From the NCBI GenBank assembly GCA_003213515.1, contig QCMV01000001.1:60272-124271 (forward strand): 64,000 nt of DNA. The letters run 5' to 3'. This DNA is from Pelagibacteraceae bacterium AG-422-N09 (GTDB lineage: Bacteria > Pseudomonadota > Alphaproteobacteria > Pelagibacterales > AG-422-B15). A program made the position numbers and the translations under genes. This document shows positions 17,913-31,278 of the stretch, in pieces; position 1 is the stretch's first letter; each line of letters opens with the position of its first letter. The notes beneath the pieces are model-generated. The model searched no databases and was not told the DNA's origin. It saw only the letters and a list, made by a program, of their open reading frames with translations.

Positions 17913-19559
17913 TTACATGTTCGCATATTTTGGGCCACCGCCACCCTCTGGTGTTACCCAATTTATGTTTTGAGACGGTTCTTTAATATCGCATGTTTTG
18001 CAATGTATGCAGTTCTGACTATTAATTACAAATTTTGGATCTGAACCATCATCATTTCTATGAACTTCATAAACACCTACTGGACAGTACCTTTGAGAAG
18101 GCTCATCAAACTTTTCTAAAGTGTAACTAATTGGTAATTCTTTATCCTTCAATTGAAGGTGAACAGGTTGATTTTCAGTATGATAAGTTCCAGTAAGAAA
18201 TACCGAACTAGCCCTATCAAAAGTTAAAACGCCATCTGGTTTTGGATAATTTATTTTTTTTGCTTCTTTTGCATCTTCTAACATTTCATGATCAGCATGC
18301 TTATGCGATAGAGTAAAAGGAAGCTTTCCCATAAATAACCACTGATCGATCCCTGTAAGTAAAATACCAAGGATATTTCCAAACCTTGTAAAGAAAGGTT
18401 TAACATTCCTAGCAGATTTTAATTCACTATAAACCCAACTCTTTTTGAATAAAGCCTCATAACAAGATAGATCATTCGACTTACCTGAAAGGAATTCATT
18501 AATAGCTTCAGCGGCAATCATTCCACTTTTCATGGCAGTATGAGTTCCTTTTATTTTTGGCATATTTAACGTACCGGCATCACAGCCTATTAATAATGCG
18601 CCCGGCATGTACATCTGAGGCAGACTTTGTATGCCGCCCTCAATCAATGCTCTGGCACCGTAGGATACTCTTTTCCCGCCACTTAACATTTTTTCTATTG
18701 CTGGATGTGTTTTAAACCTTTGAAATTCTTCAAAAGGTGACAAATAAGGATTCTTATAATCAAGTCCAACTACATACCCCAAAAATATTTGATTATTTTC
18801 TGCATGGTAAACAAAACTTCCTCCATAGGTTTTATTGTCTAAGGGCCAACCGGTTGAATGAAAGACTAAACCTTCATCATGATTTTCTTCAGGAACCTCC
18901 CATATTTCTTTCAAACCAATTCCGTACTGTTGTGGGTCTGAATTTTTTGCGAGTTCAAACTTCTCAATTAATTGCTTACCTAAATGACCTCTACAACCCT
19001 CAGCAAATACTGTTGTTTTTGCATGTAGCTCAATACCAGGCTCATAGGAGTCTTTTTTTTCATTATTTACGTCCAGTCCCATGTCATTTGTGGCCACACC
19101 TCTTACTTTTCCATCTTCATCGTACAAAATTTCAGAAGCTGCAAAACCAGGATATATTTCAACTCCTAAGTTTTCAGCTATTTGTCCGAGCCATCTACAC
19201 ATGTTCGCAAGGCTAGCAATGTAGTTTCCTTTGTTGTGTTGAACGGGTGGTAATAAAAACGAGGGAACAGTAAAATGAGATTTTTCAAAAAGAAATAAAA
19301 ACTTTTCTTTTGTGACTTTTGTTTTCAGAGGACAGCCGTCTATAGTTTTCCAATCTGGAAGTAGTTCATCAAGAGCTCTTGTTTCAAATACATTTCCACT
19401 TAATATATGAGCACCAACCTCAGATGCTTTTTCTACAATGCAGACATTAATTTCTGGGTTTATTTGTTTGAGTTTTATCGCAGTTGAAAGGCCTGAAGGA
19501 CCTGCACCCACGATTACAACATCGTACTCCATTGATTCTCTTTGCTGAATAGTATCCAT
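17913..19559 (-). CDS. Electron transfer flavoprotein-ubiquinone oxidoreductase
   Basis: VGAGPSG, GAHILSG, PKIKGTHTAMKSG, YCPVGVYE, NCIHCKTCDIK. Confidence 0.95.
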   Translation of the reverse strand: MDTIQQRESMEYDVVIVGAGPSGLSTAIKLKQINPEINVCIVEKASEVGAHILSGNVFETRALDELLPDWKTIDGCPLKTKVTKEKFLFLFEKSHFTVPSFLLPPVQHNKGNYIASLANMCRWLGQIAENLGVEIYPGFAASEILYDEDGKVRGVATNDMGLDVNNEKKDSYEPGIELHAKTTVFAEGCRGHLGKQLIEKFELAKNSDPQQYGIGLKEIWEVPEENHDEGLVFHSTGWPLDNKTYGGSFVYHAENNQIFLGYVVGLDYKNPYLSPFEEFQRFKTHPAIEKMLSGGKRVSYGARALIEGGIQSLPQMYMPGALLIGCDAGTLNMPKIKGTHTAMKSGMIAAEAINEFLSGKSNDLSCYEALFKKSWVYSELKSARNVKPFFTRFGNILGILLTGIDQWLFMGKLPFTLSHKHADHEMLEDAKEAKKINYPKPDGVLTFDRASSVFLTGTYHTENQPVHLQLKDKELPISYTLEKFDEPSQRYCPVGVYEVHRNDDGSDPKFVINSQNCIHCKTCDIKEPSQNINWVTPEGGGGPKYANM

Positions 19560-19605
19560 AATTAACTATATATTTAGTTTATAGGTATTATAATTCAATT
19601 TGTTT

Positions 19606-20355
19606 ATGACCGATGCAAAAGTTCAAAACGCTCTGAAGCAGCTCAACCACCTAAAGATGAGTGGGGTGAATGAAAACATTGGAAATACGCCAAAAAATCG
19701 CTACGGAACTAAAAAATCATCGAAATCAAAAACTAGTGACAGCTCTATATCTGTTAATAACTCATCGATTGAGGATCAAAAAACTATCAACTCACTAGAA
19801 TCTTTAGATTCATTGAAAGACTTCATGGCAAATTATGACAAATGTAAACTTCACGAAAGTGCAACGAATATGGTGTTTTCTGATGGAAACCCAAAATCAG
19901 AAATTATGCTTATTGGTGAAGCTCCTGGCCATGATGAGGATATTCAAGGAAAACCCTTTGTTGGTAGAAGCGGTAAACTCTTAGATAAAATGCTTGAGGC
20001 GATAAACCTTAATCGAGAAAAGGTATATATTGCAAATATTGTACCTTGGAGACCTCCTAATAACAGACGGCCAACAGATGAAGAAATAGATATGTGTCTG
20101 CCAATGATTAAGAAACACATAGAGTTGATTAATCCTAAGGCAATATTGCTATTAGGATCAACAGCGACTTATGCACTTATTAGAAATACTGAAGGAATAA
20201 CAAAGATTAGGGGTAAATGGGTAGATATTGAAATTAATAAAAAACAATATCCCACCCTGCCCACTTTTCACCCTGCTTTTTTATTAAGGCAACCTGGACA
20301 AAAAAAATATTCATGGGAGGACTTAAAAAGTCTTAAGAAAAAAGTTGAGTCATAA
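19606..20355 (+). CDS. Uracil-DNA glycosylase family 4
   Basis: IGEAPG..ED.QGKPFVGRSGKLLD, RPP.NR.P, TFHPAFLLR; ATG 19606 preferred over TTG 19600. Confidence 0.9.
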   Translation: MTDAKVQNALKQLNHLKMSGVNENIGNTPKNRYGTKKSSKSKTSDSSISVNNSSIEDQKTINSLESLDSLKDFMANYDKCKLHESATNMVFSDGNPKSEIMLIGEAPGHDEDIQGKPFVGRSGKLLDKMLEAINLNREKVYIANIVPWRPPNNRRPTDEEIDMCLPMIKKHIELINPKAILLLGSTATYALIRNTEGITKIRGKWVDIEINKKQYPTLPTFHPAFLLRQPGQKKYSWEDLKSLKKKVES

Positions 20356-20959
20356 TTTTAACGATCAAATCAATTTGTTGGATTTTGAAAAAAATTTTAA
20401 TTGTCCAGTTGCTGGTGTTGATGAGGTAGGACGTGGCCCTTTAGCCGGACCAGTAGTGGCAGCAGCAGTAATTTTGGATAAAAACAACCTTCCTGCAGGT
20501 ATTAGAGATTCAAAAAAAATATCAAAAAATAAAAGAGAAATAATTGCAGAGAAAATTAGATTAAACAGTCATTATGCATATGGAGAGGCGTCAGTAGAAG
20601 AAATTGACAATTTAAATATTTTACAAGCTTCGTTACTTGCAATGAAAAGAGCTATTGAGTCTCTAAAAATAGTACCATCAATGTCTCTTATTGATGGAAT
20701 ATATACGCCTAAAGTTGATTTAACATGCAAACCAGTTGTTAAAGGTGACAGTAAATCAATTTCAATTGCTGCAGCTTCAATTCTAGCCAAAGTTTACAGA
20801 GATAAGATTATGACTAAGCTTGCTGAAAGATATCCTGAATATTCATTTGAAAAAAATTCAGGATATGGAACAAAAGAGCACCTTTCGGCTCTGAAATCTC
20901 ATGGAATTACCCCTATCCATCGAAAAAGTTTCAAACCCGTCTACAATATATTGAATTAA
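20345..20959 (+). CDS. rnhB: Ribonuclease HII
   Basis: GVDEVGRGPLAGPV, DSKK, IAAASILAKVYRD. Confidence 0.95.
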   Translation: MSHNFNDQINLLDFEKNFNCPVAGVDEVGRGPLAGPVVAAAVILDKNNLPAGIRDSKKISKNKREIIAEKIRLNSHYAYGEASVEEIDNLNILQASLLAMKRAIESLKIVPSMSLIDGIYTPKVDLTCKPVVKGDSKSISIAAASILAKVYRDKIMTKLAERYPEYSFEKNSGYGTKEHLSALKSHGITPIHRKSFKPVYNILN

Positions 20960-20978
20960 GAAAATAAATTAAGTTATT

Positions 20979-23174
<2,196 letters not shown>

Positions 23175-23195
23175 TTTCGTGTTATTTTATTTTTT

Positions 23196-23663
23196 ATGTT
23201 TCATAAGAAATTAAGAGGCCCTCAAATATTATCAAATCTTCTTCCAGAAGAAGCAAAGAAAATTCTTAAATCAAGAGGTTTTTCAGAGTTAGAACTCTTA
23301 GCAAATTGGGAGAGAATTGTAGGCAAAAAATTTGCAAAATTAACCGTCCCTTTAAGGCTTAAAATAGGAAAGAGAAGTGAAAAAAATAATGGTAAATTAA
23401 TTGTTAAAATTGATAGAAGTGTGGCTTTTGCGTTTGAGCACGAGCGAGAGAAAATAATTAAAAAAATTAATCTTTTTTTTGGCTATGCAGTGATCAACAA
23501 AGTTGAAATAATACAAGCATCAATTAAAGTTAAAAAAACAATTAAAATCAATAAATTAGAAAGTGATATTAAGAGCCAAAGTAAGAATTATGATGAACTA
23601 AAAAAATATCCTGATCTTAGAAGAAACTTTGAAAAAATCGCTTCAAAAATTTTAAAGTCCTAA
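23196..23663 (+). CDS. DUF721/DciA family protein
   Basis: RGF..LL.NW..IVG, KKINLFFGY; mutY-DUF721-dsbA-smc order. Confidence 0.8.
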   Translation: MFHKKLRGPQILSNLLPEEAKKILKSRGFSELELLANWERIVGKKFAKLTVPLRLKIGKRSEKNNGKLIVKIDRSVAFAFEHEREKIIKKINLFFGYAVINKVEIIQASIKVKKTIKINKLESDIKSQSKNYDELKKYPDLRRNFEKIASKILKS

Positions 23664-23771
23664 TTCAAACAAAATTTTCTGCTACTCCAACAGAGTAATA
23701 AATCCTATTAAAATAAGGAAAAATTGAGTATATTCAACATGTTGTATATATATAAAAAAAACAAGCAAAAT

Positions 23772-24401
23772 ATGGGTTTTAAATCTAATTTTTTATTCAG
23801 TACTAGTTTTATTGTATTTCTATTTGCGTTGATGTTTCCAATTAATGGATTGTATGCCAGCAGTACATTAAAGGGTATGCAGTTAGGTGATAGCGACGCA
23901 CCAGTGAAAATTATTGAATATAGATCGCTCACTTGCAGTCATTGCGCAGACTTTAGTAATGACACCTTTACAGAAATTAAAGAAAATTATATCGATAAAG
24001 GTAAAGTGAATTTTGAATTGAGACCTTTCGCTCTCAATGCGATTGATCTTAACGCTTTTAAATTACTTCATTGTGTTGATGAAAATGATTTTTTTGCAAT
24101 GGACAAAATTTTGTTTAAAGATCAAAAAAAATGGATTGTAACTAATCAGAGCGATAAAGTACTAGAAAACAGCACTAATGCACTTAAGAATTACGGGGCC
24201 CTATTCGGCGTATCTGAGGAGGCGTTTAATAGCTGCATGGAAAATGAGAATATTACTGATTTTATACTGGAGCAGCGCATAGAGGGTGTTGAGGAGTATG
24301 ATATATCTTCAACTCCAACTTTCATAATCAATGGTGAAATTTACGCAGGTAATATGTCGATTAATGAATTTGATGAAATAATTGAAAAAGAAATTAATTA
24401 A
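23772..24401 (+). CDS. DsbA-family thiol-disulfide oxidoreductase
   Basis: GDSDAPVKIIEYRSLTCSHCA, STPTFIING; ATG 23772 gives a signal peptide. Confidence 0.88.
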   Translation: MGFKSNFLFSTSFIVFLFALMFPINGLYASSTLKGMQLGDSDAPVKIIEYRSLTCSHCADFSNDTFTEIKENYIDKGKVNFELRPFALNAIDLNAFKLLHCVDENDFFAMDKILFKDQKKWIVTNQSDKVLENSTNALKNYGALFGVSEEAFNSCMENENITDFILEQRIEGVEEYDISSTPTFIINGEIYAGNMSINEFDEIIEKEIN

Positions 24402-26992
24402 TGAAATTTAAAAAAATAAAAATTTTAGGTTTTAAATCATTTGTTGATCCTACTGAATTAGACATCGATGAGGGATTAACAGGCATAGTTGGTCCTAATG
24501 GATGTGGTAAATCAAATGTTGTTGAGTCCCTAAGATGGTGCATGGGAGAAACCTCTGCAAAAAGCATGAGGGGTTCAGGAATGGAAGATGTAATTTTTTC
24601 TGGTACATCAGATAGACCAGCAAGAAATAATGCTGAAGTAACAATCTATCTTGATAATGAGGAAAGAAACGCGCCGTCTGAATTTAATGATCAAACTGAA
24701 ATTCAAGTTAAAAGAAAAATAGAAGTTGAAAAGGGATCAGATTATAAAATTAATGGTAAAGACGTAAGAGCCAGAGATGTACAAAGATTATTTGCAGATT
24801 TATCTACAGGAGCTCATTCTCCATCCTTGATCAGCCAAGGACGCGTAGGTTCATTAATAAATGCTAAACCTATAGATAGACGCTCGGTATTAGAAGAAGC
24901 GGCAGGAATATCTGGGTTACATTCGCGAAGACATGAAGCAGAGCTAAAATTGAAAGGCGCAGAAACTAATCTTCAAAGGGTTAAGGATTTGATGAAACAA
25001 TTAAATAATCAAATCAATAGTCTTAAAAAACAAGCTGAACAAGCTGAAACCTACCGCTCAGTATCGTCTGAAATTAACAAATTAGAGGGTATCGTTTTAT
25101 TCCTAAAGTGGACATCTTTAAAAGAATCTTATGAAAAGTCAGATGATAATTTAAGATCAAGTGAGTCTCAAATCCAAAAATTTACGTTGCAGGTAACTCA
25201 GGCTACTAATGAACAATTAAGAGCCAATGAGAAAATTAAGCCTTTAAGAGATAAAGAGATTGAGTCTGCGGCAAAATTAAATCGTATTAATCTCGAGAGA
25301 GAGTCATTGGATCATGAGGAAGAACGAATAAAAGAAGAAAAAAGAAATCTTGAAAACGTGATTCAACAAATAATCAGTGATAGTGAGAGGGAGCAGTTTC
25401 AAATGGAAGATGCTAAAAAAGACCTTGATTTACTTAATGCAAGAAAAGATCTCTCTAATAACGAAGAGTTTCAAGAAATAAACAATAAAACAATTGATCA
25501 GCTTAAGTCAGAAAAGGATACTTTGGAAACAGAGATTTCAAATCTTGAGCAACAAATAGAACAATATAATCAGATTAAAAATTCTAAAAGAGATGATTGG
25601 CAAGACACTTTGATTAAAGCAGAAAATTTAAAATCAAGGCAATCAACTTTAAAAGACGTAGAAGGTTATGATGATCCTGAGAAATGGACAAATATATTTA
25701 AAGAAAAATTTTACAATGACCTTGGTGAAATCAGTGAGAAAGTGGATCAAGCAAGCAATATTTCAGATGAAGCTAAGGCAAATTATGACAGAGCAAGTAA
25801 TGAGGCAAAAAATGCAGCAACATTATCAATGGAATTAAGAGAAAAACTTAGACAAAAAGACGTTGAACAAAAACAAAGTGATTGGACATATGAATTTCAG
25901 AGATTGAACAAAACAATTAAGTCATCTCAAGAACAAATCGAAACATTGCAAAAAAGAAAAATAAAAACTGAGCAAGAGCTAGAGAAAATCTCTAATCGCC
26001 CAGAAGAAATTGCCCAGAGAAGAGGTCAATTAATTGAAACAAAAGGCTTTGCAGAGACAGAAAGACAGTTTGCAGCTGATCGTTTAGCTGAAGCTGATAG
26101 TGAATTAAAAAAAATTGAGACTAATTTAAGAAAAGCCCAAAATGATCTCGCTAACATAAGAGAGTCTAAAGGAAGAACAGAAGCAACAAAAGAATTAGCT
26201 GAATCAAGATTAAAAGAATTAGAATACGAGTCAAAAGAGAAATTTAATTGTATTCCTAGTGAAATTGTAAATTCTCTCTCTATATCAGATGATCTTGAAA
26301 CTATGAGAGCTAACCTCGAAAGAACTGAGATGAGACTTGATCGACTTAAGCAGCAGCGTGAAACAATGGGTGCTGTGAATCTAAGGGCAGATTTGGAAAC
26401 AAAAGAAATAGATGAAGAACTTGAAAAAATGACCACTGAAAAAGAAGATTTAGAAAACGCAATCAAAAAAATGAGGGAGTCTATAGAAGATTTAAATAAA
26501 GAAGGTAGAACAAGACTGCTTGGAGCGTTTAAAACTGTAAACACACATTTCAAAGAAGTTTTTGTAAAATTATTTAACGGTGGAAAAGCGCACCTTGAAC
26601 TTATAGACTCTGATGATCCACTTGAAGCAGGGCTTGAAATGATGGTAAGTCCACCAGGTAAAAAACTTCAGTCAATGTCATTGTTATCTGGTGGGGAACA
26701 GGCACTAACAGCATTATCTCTAATCTTTGCTGTATTTTTAACAAATCCTTCGCCAATTTGTGTACTTGATGAGGTTGATGCGCCACTGGATGATGCAAAC
26801 GTCGATAGATTTTGTGGTCTTTTAGATGACATTACAGAAAAAACGAATACCAAGTTCTTAATTATAACTCACCACGCGCTCACAATGTCGAGAATGGATA
26901 GATTGTTTGGAGTAACCATGGCTGAACGAGGCGTCAGTCAAATTGTCTCTGTAGATCTTAAAAAAGCTGAAGAGATTGGAGCTGTTGCCTAG
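24401..26992 (+). CDS. smc: Chromosome segregation protein Smc (short, 863 aa)
   Basis: GFKSF, GPNGCGKSN, ISQG, GAVN, LSGGEQAL, VLDEVDAPLD, IITH. Confidence 0.92.
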   Translation: MKFKKIKILGFKSFVDPTELDIDEGLTGIVGPNGCGKSNVVESLRWCMGETSAKSMRGSGMEDVIFSGTSDRPARNNAEVTIYLDNEERNAPSEFNDQTEIQVKRKIEVEKGSDYKINGKDVRARDVQRLFADLSTGAHSPSLISQGRVGSLINAKPIDRRSVLEEAAGISGLHSRRHEAELKLKGAETNLQRVKDLMKQLNNQINSLKKQAEQAETYRSVSSEINKLEGIVLFLKWTSLKESYEKSDDNLRSSESQIQKFTLQVTQATNEQLRANEKIKPLRDKEIESAAKLNRINLERESLDHEEERIKEEKRNLENVIQQIISDSEREQFQMEDAKKDLDLLNARKDLSNNEEFQEINNKTIDQLKSEKDTLETEISNLEQQIEQYNQIKNSKRDDWQDTLIKAENLKSRQSTLKDVEGYDDPEKWTNIFKEKFYNDLGEISEKVDQASNISDEAKANYDRASNEAKNAATLSMELREKLRQKDVEQKQSDWTYEFQRLNKTIKSSQEQIETLQKRKIKTEQELEKISNRPEEIAQRRGQLIETKGFAETERQFAADRLAEADSELKKIETNLRKAQNDLANIRESKGRTEATKELAESRLKELEYESKEKFNCIPSEIVNSLSISDDLETMRANLERTEMRLDRLKQQRETMGAVNLRADLETKEIDEELEKMTTEKEDLENAIKKMRESIEDLNKEGRTRLLGAFKTVNTHFKEVFVKLFNGGKAHLELIDSDDPLEAGLEMMVSPPGKKLQSMSLLSGGEQALTALSLIFAVFLTNPSPICVLDEVDAPLDDANVDRFCGLLDDITEKTNTKFLIITHHALTMSRMDRLFGVTMAERGVSQIVSVDLKKAEEIGAVA

Positions 26993-27002
26993 TATATTGA
27001 AG

Positions 27003-27275
27003 ATGAATAATGATGCTAATTCTCTTGAAAATAGAATAAAAAAAGCAAAAGAAGGCCAGTCTATTAAAGAGGCTAAAGCCCCCAAACCATTCGGTAAAAT
27101 CATGAAAGTAGTGGTTGAAATTGTCGCAGCAATGGCTGTTGGACTAGGAATTGGTTTGCTGATTGACAATTATTTTAATACAAGACCCATCTTCACATTA
27201 ATTTTCTTTCTCTTAGGTAGTGCAGCAGGAATTCTTAACGTTTTTAGGGTTGCAAAAAGTCTTCAAAATAACTAA
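27003..27275 (+). CDS. atpI: AtpZ/AtpI family protein
   Basis: GLGIGLLIDNYFNTRP, LGSAAGILNVFR; first gene of the F0 operon; ATG 27003 preferred. Confidence 0.85.
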   Translation: MNNDANSLENRIKKAKEGQSIKEAKAPKPFGKIMKVVVEIVAAMAVGLGIGLLIDNYFNTRPIFTLIFFLLGSAAGILNVFRVAKSLQNN

Positions 27276-27286
27276 AAAATACATCG

Positions 27287-28278
<992 letters not shown>

Positions 28279-28283
28279 GAAAA

Positions 28284-28835
28284 GTGAAAATCTTATTAAA
28301 AGCTTTTCTATTAACTGCGCCAATTAATTTTGTATATGCTGCAGAGGGCCAGAAATCTGCTGGTCTTCCGCAGATGGATATTGCGACATTTCCATCTCAA
28401 TTATTTTGGCTTGTAATTACGTTTTCACTTTTATACCTGTTTATGTGGAAATTTGTAATACCAAGGTTAGGCGCAACAATTGAAGAAAGAAGAGATAAGA
28501 TTTCAAATGACATCAATGATGCTGATAATCTTAATACAGAAGCGACTGATATATTAAAAAAATATGATGAGCAAATGGCAAGTGCATCACAAGAGTCAAA
28601 TGAGATTATCACTAATTCTAAAAAAGCAATGCTTGATCATTTAGAAACGCTTAAAAAAGAAAATGAAGAAAAAGTTAACTCCCTAATCTCTGAGTCTCAG
28701 TCTAAAATAAAAGCTCAAGAAGAAAAATCTAAGATTGAAATTAGAAATGCAACGTTAGATACCGTTAAAGCTATTGTATCAAGATATATTGAAAATATTC
28801 CTTCAGATGAGGAAATAAATAAGAGATTAAACTAA
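28284..28835 (+). CDS. ATP synthase F0 subunit b'
   Basis: GLPQMD..TFPSQLFWL, TM then coiled coil. Confidence 0.9.
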   Translation: MKILLKAFLLTAPINFVYAAEGQKSAGLPQMDIATFPSQLFWLVITFSLLYLFMWKFVIPRLGATIEERRDKISNDINDADNLNTEATDILKKYDEQMASASQESNEIITNSKKAMLDHLETLKKENEEKVNSLISESQSKIKAQEEKSKIEIRNATLDTVKAIVSRYIENIPSDEEINKRLN

Positions 28836-28851
28836 TGCTAGGAACTATTTA

Positions 28852-29346
28852 ATGTCATCATTCTTTTCAGATCCATCGTCTTGGGTATTAGTAGCTTTTA
28901 TAATATTTGTCATAATTGCGCTTGTAATTAAAGCGCCATCAATGATTGCGAAACTTCTTGATGGTGAAATTGATAAAATCAAATCTGAGTTAGATAATGC
29001 CCGAAAATTAAAAGAAGAAGCGAATTCTCTTTTAGCCGATTACGAGAGAAAGGTTCAGTCTGCTGATGAGGAAGCAAAAGCAATTATTGATCAAGCAAAG
29101 GAAATTGCAAAGAATCACGAAGAAGAGTCAAAGTTAAAAGCAGAAGAATTTATTAAAAGAGCCGAACAGCAAGCCATAGAAAAGATATCAAGGGCTGAAA
29201 AAATGGCTATATCAAAAGTTAATGACGAGATTGTAAATAACTCAGTAAATATTGCTGAGAAAATTATCTTAGAAAACATCAACGACCAAAGTGCAGATAA
29301 GCTTGTAAAACAATCAATCGATCAAATAAGTAAACTTAAGGTATAA
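28852..29346 (+). CDS. atpF: ATP synthase F0 subunit b
   Basis: N-terminal TM then LD..I..EL.NA..LKEEA coiled coil. Confidence 0.9.
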   Translation: MSSFFSDPSSWVLVAFIIFVIIALVIKAPSMIAKLLDGEIDKIKSELDNARKLKEEANSLLADYERKVQSADEEAKAIIDQAKEIAKNHEEESKLKAEEFIKRAEQQAIEKISRAEKMAISKVNDEIVNNSVNIAEKIILENINDQSADKLVKQSIDQISKLKV

Positions 29347-29386
29347 TTTATTATTTATATCTCTCTTTCTAAGCTATAAATAAATT

Positions 29387-30349
29387 ATGGCAGTCTATAC
29401 GCACATATCTAGAGAAGAACTGGATCTTTTTACTGATCACTATAGTATTGAAAATGTTCTTGAATTTTCAGGTATAAAAGGTGGAACTTCTAATTCAAAT
29501 TATTTACTAAAGACTCTAGAAAAAAATTACATACTTACCATTTTTGAAGAAAGAACAAATCAAGATAATCTTCAATTCTTTTTTGATCTAATGAATCATT
29601 TGAATAAAAACAATGTAAAGTGCCCTGAGGTAATACAAGATAAAAAAGGAAATTATTCAAACTCAATTCAAAATAAGAAAGCTGTAATCACATCGTTCTT
29701 AAAAGGTAGGTCAATAGATCAAATTAAACCAATACACTGTGCGTCTTTAGGCTCCACTATCGCAAGAATGCATAAAGAATCAGCTAGACTTGAAATGACT
29801 AGAGAAAATGAACTTGGATTTGTAAACCTCAACAGCTTAATTCAAACTTTAAAAAATTTTGACGATAATATTAACGCGCAGGTAATCGATTTGATCAATG
29901 AAGAATATACTTTCCTATCTGGAAACCTTGGTCATAGTTTACCTTCAGGTATAATTCATGCAGATCTTTTTCCAGATAATATTTTTTTTGAAGGTAATGA
30001 AGTTACAGGTATAATAGATTTTTATTTTGCATGCACCGATTATTATGCTTACGAAATTGCCATCTGTCTAAATGCATGGTGTTTTGAGCCAAATAATAAC
30101 GAATTCAATCCAACAAAAGCAAAACATTTATTGGGCAGTTACAATCAGTTGCGAGAATTTTCAGAGGAAGAAAAGAAAGCTTTACCTCTTCTTACAAGAG
30201 CATCATCTCTAAGGTATCTACTAACTCGTTTAATCGACTACTATTCGCATGATGATAATGAACTGATCCTTAAAAAGGACCCTAATGAGTATCTCACTAA
30301 ACTCCAATTTCACCAATCCGTTAAAAAAGTAGGCGAATATGGCCTCTAA
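29387..30349 (+). CDS. thrB: Homoserine kinase type II
   Basis: MAVYT, NSNY, IHADLFPDN, IDFYFAC. Confidence 0.93.
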   Translation: MAVYTHISREELDLFTDHYSIENVLEFSGIKGGTSNSNYLLKTLEKNYILTIFEERTNQDNLQFFFDLMNHLNKNNVKCPEVIQDKKGNYSNSIQNKKAVITSFLKGRSIDQIKPIHCASLGSTIARMHKESARLEMTRENELGFVNLNSLIQTLKNFDDNINAQVIDLINEEYTFLSGNLGHSLPSGIIHADLFPDNIFFEGNEVTGIIDFYFACTDYYAYEIAICLNAWCFEPNNNEFNPTKAKHLLGSYNQLREFSEEEKKALPLLTRASSLRYLLTRLIDYYSHDDNELILKKDPNEYLTKLQFHQSVKKVGEYGL

Positions 30350-30773
30350 AAAGGTTGTTATGTACACCGATGGAGCTTGCTCAGGCAATCCGGGCAATGG
30401 AGGTTGGGGAGCTTACATTGAAATTGATGAAAAGAAAATTGAGTTAAGTGGATCTGAAAATAACACCACAAATAACAGAATGGAATTAAAAGCAGTTATT
30501 TATGCTTTAGATTATCTTAATGAAAAAAGAGACATAATAATTTTCACTGACTCAAAGTATGTCATGCAAGGTATTCAGGAGTGGATAAAAAAATGGAAAA
30601 CCAATGATTGGAAGACTGCACAAAAAAAAGACGTAAAAAATAAAGATCTTTGGGTTGAATTAGACAATTTGACCGATAAACACTCGATAAAATGGGAGTG
30701 GGTGAAAGGTCATTCAGGTGATTACGGAAATGAAATTGCTGATAAACTGGCGGTCGCTCAGATAAAAAGATAA
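30339..30773 (+). CDS. rnhA: Ribonuclease HI
   Basis: TDGACSGNPG, TTNNRMEL, WVKGHSG..GNE.AD. Confidence 0.95.
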   Translation: MASKKVVMYTDGACSGNPGNGGWGAYIEIDEKKIELSGSENNTTNNRMELKAVIYALDYLNEKRDIIIFTDSKYVMQGIQEWIKKWKTNDWKTAQKKDVKNKDLWVELDNLTDKHSIKWEWVKGHSGDYGNEIADKLAVAQIKR

Positions 30774-30774
30774 A

Positions 30775-31260
30775 TTATAGTAAATCCATCATTTTATTCG
30801 CTCCACTTACATCAACTTTACCACCATCAACTTCGACAAAAAACATTTCAATAATTCCATCATTGACAAGTAGTGAGCATCTTTTTGTCTTGATCGATGT
30901 TCCAAATGTATCGGGATAGTCTGTACCTAATGATTTTGCAAACTCAGCCTTACTATCTGATAAAAATTTTATTTTTCCATTTGATCCAGACATTTCCTCC
31001 CATGCTGACATAGTAAATATGTCGTTAGTTGCAAAACATACTATTTCATCAACAGCTTTTTCTCTAATTTTGTCGGCATTCTCTATAAAGCCAGGCAAAT
31101 GATTTCGAGCACATGTTGGTGTGAATGCACCTGGTACACCAAAGATTACTATTTTTTTCCCTTTGCAGAAGTCCAATATCTTTAATGGTTGTGGACCTTT
31201 GTCCTTATCCATAAAAACTAAAGTTTCATTTGGTAATTCATTTCCAATTAAATCTGACAT
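30775..31260 (-). CDS. Peroxiredoxin (Prx5-like)
   Basis: GVPGAFTPTC..HLPGF. Confidence 0.9.
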   Translation of the reverse strand: MSDLIGNELPNETLVFMDKDKGPQPLKILDFCKGKKIVIFGVPGAFTPTCARNHLPGFIENADKIREKAVDEIVCFATNDIFTMSAWEEMSGSNGKIKFLSDSKAEFAKSLGTDYPDTFGTSIKTKRCSLLVNDGIIEMFFVEVDGGKVDVSGANKMMDLL

Positions 31261-31278
31261 TTGACGACCATACTAAAT

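Noticed and set aside
19606-20355. Family-4 UDG with an incomplete Fe-S cysteine set (VPWRP in place of the Cys motif)
   Set aside because: This variant is the form I recall as usual in Alphaproteobacteria, so not a pseudogene or novelty.
20956-20972. Possible CtrA box upstream of ccrM
   Set aside because: TTAA half-sites are 9 nt apart rather than 7, and TTAA is very common in this AT-rich DNA.
29351-29383. Inverted repeat TTATTTATA/TATAAATAA after atpF as a terminator
   Set aside because: All-AT stem, long loop and no U-tract; likely chance.
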